From assembly GCF_009914755.1 (NCBI RefSeq), contig NC_060930.1: 64,000 nt of DNA; one strand, given 5' to 3'. Position numbers and translations under genes: made by a program. Numbering within the stretch: position 1 is the stretch's first letter; each line of letters opens with the position of its first letter. Below the pieces are notes generated by a model. That model saw only the letters and a program-made list of their open reading frames with translations, was not told the DNA's origin and did no database searches. Below are positions 63,556 to 64,000 of this stretch, piece by piece. Origin of the DNA: the human T2T-CHM13v2.0 reference genome, Homo sapiens.

Positions 63556-64000
63556 CATATGCTTTTTACTCAGATCCCGTTTCTCCTTGACATAACCCTA
63601 GGTAATGGTAGTTAGCTTACTCTTATCTTGAGGGAAATGCTAAAGTTTTGAGGAAAGATCATTCATCCAAATCTTTTTGTTTGATTCACTCTTGCTAACC
63701 TCCAAGAAAAATTTGTGATCACGAGTTATATTTTATACAGTCCATAGGTTCAGGGAAGGGAGTAATTCTAGTGTTCCTAAAAGATGCCATTGCAGTGCTG
63801 TAATGCAGAAAAACGCTAGGTTTTGGGGTGTCCTTAGGAAGGAGACAAGAAAGAAAACAGAGAACGTTATCCTTCCTTTGCAAAGCCATGTTGACTGTGC
63901 ACATGGATTACGATCTGAGATTCTGGTCTCCTACTTAAATGATTTAACAGTGGAAGGTATTCTAGTGAAGGAAACCCAAGTCCCGGAGCGAATGCATTTG

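Overview
Human (primate) genomic DNA, almost entirely intronic and repeat-rich, with about 38 Alu copies plus L1, L2, MIR, MaLR/ERVL LTRs and hAT MER elements. The window lies in the large second intron of the utrophin gene (UTRN, + strand). It contains exon 1B (ATG 22833, MSGLAATTFHWKKCRLDLPGHVALQACKRLP, phase-1 donor CAG|GTAAGT after 22926) and its TATA-less ETS/AP-1-type promoter. I did not find exon 2 or the common exon 3 (…DEHNDVQKK) in the window. I found no credible protein in the supplied ORF track; the recognisable ones are Alu, L1, LTR or microsatellite translations. The most interesting observations are: (1) a second candidate coding first exon at 9593-9644 (MEVRSESTNGDGRQSQA, strong Kozak, phase-1 donor compatible with exon 3); (2) a THE1 retroelement fused through a CTGTA microhomology to an antisense, internally deleted 28S rRNA fragment; (3) an Alu tail converted to (AAGGG)14, the architecture of the RFC1/CANVAS locus; (4) an AUG-UAG start-stop element and a FOX:ETS motif at promoter B; (5) two antisense Alu-in-Alu cassettes and other close inverted Alu pairs; (6) several local duplications. 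The gene and repeat-subfamily calls come from recall of known sequences, not from a search. I see no evidence for a wholly new multi-gene system.
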